Below are positions 11,886 through 22,639 of a stretch of DNA of 64,000 nucleotides, piece by piece; position 1 is the first letter of the stretch; every line of letters starts with the position of its first letter. The DNA is taken from contig NC_043003.1 of the NCBI RefSeq assembly GCF_006345805.1, positions 109,616,001 to 109,680,000 of the forward strand. The letters run 5' to 3'. The notes under the pieces are model-generated. The model saw nothing but the letters and a program-made list of their open reading frames with translations. It was not told where the DNA came from and ran no database searches. The position numbers and the translations under genes were made by a program. The DNA comes from Octopus sinensis (Eukaryota).

Positions 11886-12039
11886 TGATTGAGAAAAGAA
11901 AATAAAACTTTGGAAACAGCAACGCCACTATAGCTTACGTGGAAACTAAAAGCATGCTTTCAAGGGAGATAATCAGAGAACGACTTCAAAGAATGTAAGA
12001 TTGCAATACTTCATGGAAAGTGAAGTAAATATAACAAAA

Positions 12040-12193
12040 ATAATCCTGAATCCTTGTCCGGCACCGGATCGATCCCCAAATCTAATCAGTTTGTGCCAGT
12101 CACAAGGCCAGAAACTTTCATTCGATCCATCCAGCGGTTCTTGAGAGATCTTGACCACAGAGAAACAAACAAATCACGCCAAGGTGGAAGTAA
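12040..12193 (-). mobile_element. Non-autonomous Helentron/HINE-like repeat, partial copy
   Basis: Reverse complement matches 36230-36370 (caagat.tctcaagaacc.ctggatggat...ggcct.gtgactggcac.aactgatta.attt...gatcgatccggt..cggacaagg.ttc.gg). Confidence 0.6.
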
Positions 12194-12251
<58 letters not shown>

Positions 12252-12299
12252 CATCATCATTATTATTATTATTATTATTATTATGATTTTTTTACATTT

Positions 12300-12497
12300 T
12301 GGCACAAGACCAGTAGTTTCGGGGTAGGGGTTAAATCGATTCCATCGACCCCAGTACTCAACTGGTACTTACTTTATCAATTCCCCAAAGGATGAAGGCA
12401 AAATTGACCTCGGCAGAATTTGAACTCAGAACGTAAAAACCGACGAAAATGCAGCTAAGTATTTTGTCTGGCGCTCTAACGATTCTGCCACCACGCT
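12300..12497 (-). mobile_element. Nin/Deu-domain SINE, preceded by (ATT)n
   Basis: Minus strand reads gcgtggtggcagaatcgttagagcgcc..gttctgagttcaaattctgccgaggtcaattttgccttcatcctttggg. Confidence 0.85.
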
Positions 12498-12522
12498 TAT
12501 AATAATAATAATAATAATAATA

Positions 12523-12556
<34 letters not shown>

Positions 12557-12569
12557 GGATGATGATGAT

Positions 12570-14170
12570 AAAGAAGAAATGATGACAATAGTCCGTTATT
12601 GGCCACCAGGGCCGAACGCAAAACAGAGGACGATACACAGCCGAGAGACAGCGAGGTGAAACGTGTTAACAGCCAACAAACACAATGATTAACAAAGACA
12701 TAAAATCAACAATATGCTTCCCCAATAGGGGCTGAGGGAGTTAAAGCTTAAGGTGACCAAAGGGACCTCACGTCCTTTGGGCCTTATAACGCCAAGGGCT
12801 CCTCAGGAAGACACCCTCTCTTCTCTCTTCCATCCGGCCTACAGGCACACACTTAGAGCAGGCCCATTCACGTGGCCTATTTTTTCCACATTCACCCACC
12901 TTTCAACGAACTTACTGTGCGACAATATCTCCCTCTCCAACCTCACTTTCTTTTTCAGGTGGAACCTGAAAAAGTCAAAGAGGCCTTGGCTAGAGAGGAA
13001 GGTACTCGTCTTCAACCTTTTCAATCGCGTCCACACAACCTCTTTTGCTACAGCCACCAGACAGAAAAAATTGCCGTCTCCTTCCGGCTAAAGGGCGATC
13101 TTCACAACGGACTCAGAGGATAGCCAGATCCGTCCTACAGGTGTCAATAACTGTTAGACAAAGCTCCACAAGTCAGCAATGAGCGGGCACTGTAAGAGAA
13201 CATGCAGAACTGTTTCATTGTTCCGCGTGCATCTTGGTTAAAACCAATTGACTACACACTCGTGCCTGTAGAGCTTAACTCGAACTGGCAGCGAACACTC
13301 GGTAGCACAGTCAGGACGGGGATTTATGGGAGTTATCAATCATTCCCTGTCCGAAAATCCTCCGTTTGATCGCTCTCGACGCCCAGGACGTTTCCGAGTA
13401 TGCTCTTGCCCTCTACTAATACTCTATAGAACTCCAAGGTGGAACTTCCACCGTCCGCATTGCCCGACTGGCCGAGAGCTGTGAGCACTTGGAGACACTC
13501 TAGGTGCCAAGTGCCCTACCTCGGTCTACACCTGATTCAGGACTACCTCCGTCAAGGAGACGAGCTGCGGAAAAGCGCAATCAACAAACGGCAGCCACAC
13601 CTGCCAACCGTTAAGGATTCGCTGGGGATATCGCAGCCTCAGCGCTTGCCTAGTCGTCCACGCAAAGGGTGCTGACAGCAAATGGACCGTCTGAAAAGCG
13701 GCACCGGTCTCTTCCACAAGAAGCGAAAGAGCAAATGCCCCAGCCTGTTCAGCCAAGAAGCGGGGCAAGGGATGACAGCCAGGCTTCGACTCGTGTAGCA
13801 TGTGCCCGTCCTTACTCCGCCAATGACTGAAATTGCAGTTTTATTACCACATTGCGCCTCGGCCACCCGGGCCCATCGAACATCTTTCGTTCCCACCTCC
13901 TTTAGAACACGCACCCTAGCTCTGACAGTGCAACCTTCATACTTGGTGCTGAAGAATTGGTTCAGAGCCAAGCTCGCTGTCAGCATGTCGGTTTCTATGC
14001 CTCTACTAAGTGCCTATTCTAATTTCCTAACTAGATCTCCCCCTACTCTAATCTTCTCTATTACTAGTTCTCTGCTAAATTTTACAGCTTCTACTCTAAT
14101 CGCCCGTTTTGGGGGCCCCCACCATCACTTCATGACGATTGCACCAGTCAACTTTCTGGACTAACTTGCT
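12570..14170 (-). mobile_element. L1/Tx1-clade LINE, 5' truncated, RT domain internally deleted, with 3' UTR and (TCA)n tail
   Basis: Contains the post-endonuclease linker (WWG..K.AI...; YEGCTVRARVRVL.E...GNKTAISVI), the post-RT segment (LLFRFLWK..PL..RSICCQHPLRGRLG), a decayed zinc knuckle ((F)*PRCTRNNETVLHVLLQCP) and the C-terminus AKEVVWTRLKR. Confidence 0.85.
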
Positions 14171-14519
14171 AAGCTGTTCTCTGAAAGCTTGATGCGCCGA
14201 GAAGGACGTGTTCAGCTTTCAATATCCGAGTCTCCGCAGAATAAATAATAATAATATAGGGTGTTAAGCATCTTCTACAATATTTAGCATCTAGGTACGA
14301 ACGCTTATAATTCGTGGAAAGAGATCCTAAGGGACCCTGTGAGACCTTTGACAACAGGTTGCTGTCTGCTTTCAAAGAAGTAACCGGAGAAAGTAAGATC
14401 AGGAGCTCTGAGAAGTAAAACAACAAAAGCAACAAAAACAACATCAACAACAACAAAAATAAAATAAATACCTACAAAAAAAAAGCCCGCAAAAACCTCA
14501 TAGTAATTCTATTGCTATC

Positions 14520-14700
14520 GGCAACGATATCCAGTTAATGTTAGACTTTTATTAGAAGATATTTGAGAGTGGTTTACAACAAATATCAGTGTTTTCGAAG
14601 AAGACAAACACATTTTCTCACTACTTACCAACATTTTAGAGTTGCCTGCCAAATTTCTACGTAAAGATTTGTAATTAGCATTTCATTCAAGAATTTCTTT
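14520..14700 (-). pseudogene. Possible very decayed Penelope-like EN C-terminus
   Basis: A minus frame reads 'MCLSSKTLIFVVNHSQISSNKSLTLTGYRCR', loosely matching the 'CL.EK..I......LLN.R.E...CRH' pattern. Confidence 0.25.
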
Positions 14701-14893
14701 ATATTCAGGTATTGTATTTTTGTAAGTCAGTAGATAATAAAACAAAAAAATAGATAAAGGAAGAAAGTAAAGCTATCTGTTAATTCTGCTGTTATTGAAT
14801 CTTGTTTTTCATACACTCGCCAATACAAATACAATACACAGTACATTTATTGAACGAACACAGACATATATACCAACACCTCTCTCTCTCTCT

Positions 14894-14935
<42 letters not shown>

Positions 14936-14959
14936 CGTGTGTATATGTGTTGTATGTAT

Positions 14960-14990
<31 letters not shown>

Positions 14991-15299
14991 TATATATATA
15001 TACCCATGTGCACATTTATATGTGTTTATATAACTTATATATATATAACTTATATATGGTCAAGTATATATGTATATATATAGCTATATATAAATATATA
15101 GATATATATGCATGCCTATCTACCTTCACACATACACACTTATGTATATATATGTGTGTATATATATATGCACATGTATGTATGTTTGCATGTGTATTTA
15201 TACATACATACATTCATACATATATCTATGTGTGTTCATTTCTTTGTTTTTGTGTCTGAATGTGTGTGTGTATATGTGTGTGTATGTGTGTGTAACAGT

Positions 15300-15700
15300 T
15301 CACATTGAAAGGCAAAAGTGCGAAGGCGGTTGGTGGTTCTTTAAAACGTGTGCTTCGGATAAACTGGACTTGTCATACCGGTGAGGCAATCCATCTAAAC
15401 GAAGGCAACCTCCGATTCCAAATCCCCGCTCCATAGCAGCCAAAACCACCTATCAAAAGCAACTCAGGAGTAAACCCTGGTGAAAATTGGAGTCAAAGAC
15501 CCTAAGTTAGTCCCACGTTGTCTCCAACATTGTCCGAGCACCTTCTGCAAAAGCGCTGGCACTAAACTGTACTGGTTCTTATCTTTCCCTGGGACAGTTT
15601 CAGCGGCATAGAGGGGAGATTGGCTGCAAAAGCAACTATGGTCTCCTAAGTTCACTGTGTCTAGGCGGATGTTCCTGCTTTGCCCCCACCTCGATGGTGC
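15300..15700 (+). mobile_element. Decayed RTE-clade LINE 5' UTR-like segment
   Basis: ggcaatccatctaaacgaaggcaacctccgattccaaatc and gaggggagattggctgcaaaagcaac..ggtctcc resemble RTE 5' UTR motifs as I recall them. No ORF follows. Confidence 0.4.
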
Positions 15701-15745
<45 letters not shown>

Positions 15746-16599
15746 CTTGATAGTTCCTCTGCTTATTCTTGTAATGCCCTTGGCTCTTTAAACTTTAATC
15801 GGGGAACGACTTGCGAATTCTCGACTGCCCGTCTTCAAGGGCAAGCACCTGTTCTTCCACCCGTCTTTTGACAGTCCACCACCATCTCTCAGCATCTAGT
15901 TTTCTTCATCTCTTGGACATTCTCTATCCATTCATTCTATGACACAGCTACGTTCAATAGGATGTGCTGCCTTGCTGTCTGAGAAACCAAGATGAATCTC
16001 TTTTGAACAAGGTGTGGATAGTTAAAAATACATCAGAACATTTTCTGCATAATGTATTTATGTCGTCATGTTTATTTTGGTAGAGTGTTGGAATGCAAAA
16101 TGGTATAGTCAATTGCTTAAGTGAGTGGATTGGCAGAATCGTTAAAAGCAAGGCGCAAAATTTATTATATTATCTGCTACATTTTAGGTTGTGAGTTCAA
16201 ATCTCACTGAGGCTAACATTGCCATTCATCGTTCTACGGCATATAAATAGGCCATAGATCATATCCAGTCACTTACTAGGTTCGACTGCCACGCCTCCAA
16301 ATGTTAGAAATTAGTATTTACCCATAGTAGTTTGAGCAGATGAAATGTAAAATCGACACCAGTCTGATTTGGATGCAAAATGCTGATAAATAAGCATTCG
16401 TGCTATTTGTTTGTTTGACCCCCAAAAACTTAATATGTTTTAGAAAGCTAATCCTTTTATCGAATCAATCTCCGGACAAGAGATTGGGTAAGTTTTCAGG
16501 AGGGAAGAACTGAACGTAGAAATGATATGGCAATACCTCATTGTTTATAAAAATGGCTCATTTAAGATTTTTATTACAGCCGAGTATTTTTAGCTTTAT

Positions 16600-16950
16600 G
16601 AGCGCAGTATGGTTAAATGGTTAAGAAGTCCGCATCACATCCACAAGGTCCCAGGTTCGATTCTGTTGTGTAGGATCTAACACAAATGTCCTTTTGTATT
16701 GCCGTGGGTCAACTCATACTTTGCGAGTGGAATTGGGTAGATAGAAACTGCATGGAAGCCCGTCTTGTTGGCTTGTACCTGTAATTTAAGACAGCTGCAG
16801 TTTTTTAAAATACATCATTCTGATTCTACCTGAGAATAACGTTAAGGATTCACGGTCTATGGCACACTCAGTCATATACAAGTTAATTCAGGAGCAGATA
16901 ATTCAGTTGAGCGAACAACTGAATCCTCGTCGTCGAGCGACGGAGATCCT
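16600..16950 (+). mobile_element. Old tRNA-derived SINE: head/core type H2 joined to tail T3
   Basis: tRNA-like head (ggttaaatggttaag..ggttcgattc), core ttgcgagtggaattgggtagatagaaactg..gaagcccgtc (as in the 19393 family), then ttgtacctgtaattta..cctgagaataacgttaagg..gtctatggcacactcag, the same tail as 55581-55720. Confidence 0.65.
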
Positions 16951-17404
16951 CCACCACATTTAGTAAAATGTTTTTATTAGCTCAAACACAATGTAATACC
17001 ACTCACAGAATTCAAACCACCACACCACCACTCTTGTCAGGGTCAGTTTATACGGACGATTTCTCCTCAGTAGAATCATGTTTCCTTCAAGAAATTCCCA
17101 AGAACATAAAGGAGATGTAATTGTGTTCAAATGTGGATAGAATCCAGATCGAGGTTTCAGCGGGTGTCTTGTTTTACGACTGATTTTTTTTAAAAAGCCA
17201 ATTACATAATTAAGTAGCTAATTTATTATATGAGGACATCTGTATATACTCTATAGTTACATCTGCATTTAATTTATGTGTGCATCTGTGTTTAATCTAT
17301 ATGGAGATCTGAAGATGAAGCTAGTTGTAGACAACTAGCTTCATCTTTTACTGAATAATTAGATGTTGAATAATATTTCATGTTTTTGTCGAATGAAAAA
17401 GAAG

Positions 17405-17435
<31 letters not shown>

Positions 17436-17622
17436 TAAACGTGATTAGTAAGTCGCATATAAACAATTACTGGAAAAAAAGTCACCGAGAAATTCACCGG
17501 AAAAAGCTACAGGAAAACACGTTTTTAAAAATTTTTTTTGTTGTTTAATTGCTTTAATTACGATATTAAATAAATCGTGATTTTTTCCACGCACAAGTAT
17601 TTCCAGTATATAAATTGTGTAA

Positions 17623-17800
17623 GGCCGCGAGCTGGCAGAATCATTACGATTTTTCCGCCTTTACGTTCTGAGCTCCAATGCTGCCGAAGTCGACTTTGGT
17701 TTGATCCTTTCGGGATCGATAATTCAAATTCCAGTGGAATACTGAGGTCGACTTCTCCCTCCCTCAAAATCTACAGGCCCTGTGCCAACATTTCAAACCG
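17623..17800 (+). mobile_element. Nin/Deu-domain SINE
   Basis: aggccgcgagctggcagaatc..gttctgagctccaatgctgccgaagtcgactttggtttgatcctttcgggatcgataa. Confidence 0.8.
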
Positions 17801-17814
17801 TTATATTGTGTGCA

Positions 17815-18240
17815 GGTAGCGAGCTGGCAGAATCGTTACCACTCCGGACAAGATGTTTAAGGATACTTAATCCGGTTTTGCGTTGTAAGTTCAAATACCT
17901 ATTTCTTTACTACCCACAAGGGGCTAAACATAGAGAGGACAAACAAGGACAGACAAACGGTTTAAGTCGATTATATCGATCCAGTGCGTAACTGGTACTT
18001 ATTTAATCGACCCCGAAAGGATGAAAGGCAAAGTCGACCTCGGCAGAATTTGAACTCACAACGTAGCGGCAGACGAAATACCGCTAAGCATTTCGCCCGG
18101 CGTGCTACTGTTTCTGCCAGCTCGCCGCCTTAAGTTTGTAAGTTCAAATACCACCGAGGTCGACTTTGCTTTTCTTCCTTTTGGGGTCGATAAAATAAAG
18201 TGCCATTCAAGGATGCAGGGGTCGATGTAATCGAGTTACT
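17815..18240 (+). mobile_element. Older Nin/Deu SINE (+), split by an antisense SINE insertion
   Basis: The head at 17815-17899 continues at 18136-18240 (caccgaggtcgactttgcttttcttccttttggggtcgataaaataaagtgcc). Confidence 0.8.
17900..18135 (-). mobile_element. Young full-length Nin/Deu SINE with a perfect 17-bp TSD
   Basis: ttgtaagttcaaatacc occurs at 17883-17899 and 18136-18152. Head ggcggcgagctggcag, Nin core gtcgactttgcctttcatcctttcggggtcgat, tail ccccttgtgggtagtaaagaaata. Confidence 0.92.
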
Positions 18241-18344
18241 TTGCCTCATCTACCGTCAGGTAATTGTTGGCATCCTTTTTGTCTCGGGAGACAATGGAGT
18301 TGCGCATAAAATAATCTAGTCCGGCTTTTACATTTCATGTCCTA

Positions 18345-18840
18345 ATACATCTCTGTGTAGTCCTATCCTGGACAAACACTCCCTCTGGCAGGTGCCGCAA
18401 ACGTAGCGAAGACCTTGCCTGGCTGGTTGTAATGTCATAGTTTCTTGTTGACGTCTTTTCTTGTCTTTCCATTTCTCCTCTCTCTCTCTGTCACTCCTTT
18501 GTGTTCCCTCTTTTACGGTACGTCGCCAATCTCCACGGTGGCTGGCAACTGCTTCCCAACCGCTAATATTGATGTTGCAGGCCTTCATGTCCCTTTTGCA
18601 AACATCCTCGTATCGTAAGAACGGTCTTCCCACAGACCTAGTGCCCCTAGCAAGCTCTCCGTAGAGTATGCCCTTGAGGATTTTGCCATCTTCCATACGG
18701 CTAACATGTCCAAGCCATCTCACACGTGTTTGTGTGAGGAGTGCTAACATGCTTGGTATTCCTGCTTGCTTGAGGACATCTTTGTTGGGGACATGATTCT
18801 GCCATTCGATGCCAAGGATTTTCCGGAGGCAGTGCAGCTG
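18345..18840 (-). mobile_element. RTE-clade LINE ORF C-terminal fragment
   Basis: LHCLRKILGIEWQNHVPNKDVL..AGIPS..RVRWLGHVSRMEDGKILKGILYGEL..GTRSVGRPFLRYEDVCKRDMK..W...., followed by the terminal zinc finger YVCGTCQRECLSRIGLH. Confidence 0.92.
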
Positions 18841-19013
18841 CAGCTAATAAATCATTTAAAATTGTAGTTTAATTACTTAAACTGTTATAATAGTTTACAT
18901 TTCCATAAATAATTATTTATGGAAATGTAATGTAACATTTTTTCTTTCATATTTTCCATGAAATAATTTCCGTTAAATTTTTTAAAACACAAACCTAATA
19001 ATTTATATGAATA

Positions 19014-19307
19014 CTAGCTGGCCCCGTGCCGTCGAAAATGACAGCTGATTGTAGTATTTTATATATAAATAAGGTACATAATAATCACAGATATAAACAT
19101 TTATATACTTTCTTTGTACGCACACACACATACACACACATACTCACGCAGAGTTGAAACGCTGTTTGATTTTTTTTCACCGTAGAACTTCCATCATCTC
19201 ACTACCAAGTTTGTCATCACCTTTTCCTTCCTTATTCATCTATCACCCCTTCCTTTCTCATTCATATGCTGTGACGGAGAAAAGCACAAGAGTATTATTA
19301 TAGTAGA
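19014..19307 (-). mobile_element. Complete non-autonomous Helitron (294 bp), family A
   Basis: On the minus strand: 5' TCTACTATAATAATAC and 3' CTAG. A subterminal hairpin gccgtc-gaaaat-gacagc sits at 19028-19045 (+ coordinates). The element lies between host A and T with no TSD. Confidence 0.8.
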
Positions 19308-19392
19308 TACATATATAGAAAATATACAAATCACGCACATTCACGTGCGTGCACACACACAAATACACACAAGCGCGAGAGAATTTGTTGCA

Positions 19393-19584
19393 AGACGTAG
19401 GAGTGGCCGTGTGGTAAGTAGCTTGCTTACCAACCACATGGTTCCGGGTTCAGTCTCTCTGCGCCGCACCTTGAACAAGTGTCTTCTACTATAGCCTCGG
19501 GCCGACCAAAGCCTTGTGAGTGGATTTGGTAGACGGAAACTGAAAGAAGCCCGTCGTATATATGTATATATATGTATATATGTA

Positions 19585-19642
<58 letters not shown>

Positions 19643-19866
19643 AGTGTGTGTATGTGTCTGTGTTTGCCCCACCCCCAATATCGCTTGACAACCGATGCTG
19701 GTGTGTTTACGTCCCCGTAACTTAGAGGTTCGGCAAAAAGAGACCGATAGAATAAGTACTAGGCTTACACAGAATAAGTCCTGGGGTCGATTTGCTCGAC
19801 TAAAGGCGGTGCTCCAGCATGGCCACAGTGAAATGACTGAAACAAGTGAAAGGGAGTAAAAAAGAG
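19393..19866 (+). mobile_element. Full-length tRNA-derived SINE (head/core H2) with internal (TA)n/(TG)n microsatellite and T5 tail
   Basis: A box gtggccgtgtgg, B box gggttcagtc, core ccttgaacaagtgtcttctactatagcctcgggccgaccaaagccttgtgagtggatttggtagacggaaactgaaagaagcccgtcg, microsatellite at about 19557-19660, tail ending gactgaaacaagtgaaagggagtaaaaagag. Confidence 0.9.
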
Positions 19867-19959
19867 TGAAATAGTGGACCAATGATCAAGCAGCCGTATG
19901 CTCAAATATGACAGTCATAAAATTCCCGTTTTTTGTATGCCAGGGACGACATTTTTCAA

Positions 19960-20021
<62 letters not shown>

Positions 20022-20730
20022 AGTGTGTATTCGTCTGCTTGCGCGCTTGCTTTAGGCACACCAACAATTTTACTGTTGGCTGTTCGTATATATAAGAATA
20101 AGCATTCCTCTGGAGCTCTAAAAATTTATTCGATAATCGTGTCTAACGTCGCCTGGCAACGCAGAAGTACATCCCACGATCCGATGACGTCATTTAATTT
20201 ACATGTGCGTCAGTAATTAATCTGTATGAAGATCTGAAGATGAAGCTGGTTAAAGACGGAAATTCTGTCTTTGTTAAATAATTATATATTGAATAGGTTT
20301 TTACATGTTTTTTATCGAATACAAGAGAAAATAGTCATAGAAGGAAAGTGTCATACGTAAAGAAAATACAGAAAAACACCACAGAAAAGGTTACACAAAA
20401 AAGCCATAGGAAAGATTCAATTAGTAATTTTTTGGGGGAAGAGGGCTTAATTGCTTTCATAATGATATATTTTCTATATATATGTTATTCCATCACATAA
20501 TTTGTGTACAATTCATTCATTGTCAGATAATATTGTGTAAGAAATTAAATTTTTTTCTCTTTGGCCAATCAGTGTTATTTCCTATTTGCTTCTAGCTATA
20601 AATCAAAGAAAATGACTACCATTCCCATCAAACTTTGCTCTTGTAACCTGGATATCAATGTTTTGAAACTGATCTATTGTCCATTATATTTAGACAGGTT
20701 TAGCTCGGAGTTGTTAAAGCAGAACTATCG

Positions 20731-20889
20731 TTATGGCAAATATTCTGCTCAATCCGACAGATTTGCTTGTCAGTTGCTTGAGCATGTCTCTTAGTGGTTA
20801 ACAATATGTGCATCTCTGATCAAGATCAGGAGTAGTAGGGGAGCATCACAGCCATGTGTTGAGAGGGATTCTTTGGGGGTTTGAATAAA
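20731..20889 (+). repeat. Internal fragment of the (AAT)n-flanked repeat at 58419-58984
   Basis: gcaaatattctgctcaat..cagatttgcttgtcagttgctt..gcatct.tgatca..aggagta..ggggagcatca.agcc.tgtgtt.agagg.attcttt.ggg..tgaataa is shared with 58530-58700. Confidence 0.8.
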
Positions 20890-21034
20890 TATTGTAACAA
20901 AAGCAAAATTTGAAGGAAATATTAACCCTTTTTCCTACTTTCTAGGGGCAAGTAAATAGGAAATAACTGGCTACCCAAGGACAAAAACCGTGTTATACAG
21001 TATAATAAATGATTTAAAATCTTTATCTCTTCGA

Positions 21035-21414
21035 TTTGTTTCAGTCACTGGACAGTGGCCATACTGGAGTAACAGCTTGAAGGATTTCTTTCTAGGAATC
21101 GACACCAGTAGTTATTTTTAAAGCCAGCTACTTATTTTATCGTTCTCTTCTGATGAATCACTAAGTTACGAGAACGTAAACAAACCAAAACTGCTTTTCA
21201 AGAGGTGGTGGTGGACAAACACAAATACAGACACACTCATGTATACGTACATACGCATACACACACACACACACACACACAAACACACACGCACGCACAC
21301 ACACACACACACACACATATACACATATATATATAAATATGTGTGTGTGTGTTTGGATCTGTTTGTTTTGCACCACCACTTGATAACCGGTGCTGGCGTG
21401 ATTACGTTCCCGTA

Positions 21415-21415
<1 letters not shown>
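21035..21415. mobile_element. Two T5 SINE 3' halves in inverted orientation (21035-21240 minus, 21345-21415 plus) around a shared (CA)n-(TA)-(TG)n tract
   Basis: ttacgagaacgtaaacaaacc..ggtggtggacaaacacaaatacagacacac versus gtgtgtttggatctgtttgttttgcaccaccac..gattacgttcccgtaa. Confidence 0.65.
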
Positions 21416-21492
<77 letters not shown>

Positions 21493-22119
21493 AATATATG
21501 TATATATGTATACAATGGGTCATACGTTTTTACAATGCTTGCGCGCGCACGTACACACATGCATATATGATTTGACACACATTCACTTAAAATGTAGGTG
21601 TGTGTAGGTGTTAGTGTATGCGGGCTTCCTTGCTTTGCACACACCAGCAAATATATTGTTTGCTCTTTTTTTTATATATAAGCATGATAATACTTACAGG
21701 GCTGTGAAAGGGTGCTCGTTATTCTTGCCTTATCTTGTGTCAGCAGTGCGATATTCTCACTTTCAAATTTGTCCCTATGGATTTTCTATAGAATTAAGAG
21801 CCAGCACTAAAATTTAAGACGTTTCGCAAGCGAATACCTCTATGTAAATAATGCGATCGGAGTTAAAAGAAAAAGAGAGGTAATGAGCGTATATGCATAT
21901 TTCGAGAGTTATTGCTCTTTCATCAGCACCATATCTAACTGATCATTTATCCACAAACACATTGATCCTGACACAATTGATAAACAAATTACATATTAAA
22001 TGCATTCCTAGCAACTTGAACGTGTGAATTAATTGTTGGCACAATATTGGCAAGTAAACCTCTAAAAGACTTGATAATATATTATGGCTGCCAAGCAAAA
22101 TACTGTGTCATTGCCAGCA

Positions 22120-22199
<80 letters not shown>

Positions 22200-22235
22200 T
22201 TCCCTACTCTATGTACATGGCGCGAAAATTTGAGA

Positions 22236-22395
22236 GAGGAAGCCAGTCAATTAGATCGACCGCAGTGCGCAACTGGTACTTAATTTATCGACCCCGAAAA
22301 GATGAAAGGCAAGGTCGACTACAGTAGAATTTGAACTCAGAGCATAAGACAGACGAAATACCGCTAAGCTAACGTTTCTACCAGCTCGCACCGCT
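22236..22395 (-). mobile_element. Nin/Deu-domain SINE
   Basis: ggtacttaatttatcgaccccgaaaagatgaaaggcaaggtcgac..gaatttgaactcagag..gacgaaataccgctaag. Confidence 0.85.
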
Positions 22396-22457
22396 TTAAT
22401 ACACACATACACACACACACACATATATATATGTATATATAATATATATATATATAT

Positions 22458-22499
<42 letters not shown>

Positions 22500-22523
22500 T
22501 GTATATATATGTATATATATGTA

Positions 22524-22578
<55 letters not shown>

Positions 22579-22605
22579 GTATATATATATATATATATAA
22601 TATAT

Positions 22606-22639
<34 letters not shown>

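Noticed and set aside
14169-14456. Minus ORF or exon after a strong-looking polypyrimidine acceptor
   Set aside because: The tract is a (TTG)n-like repeat, there is no good donor, and the peptide is unrecognisable.
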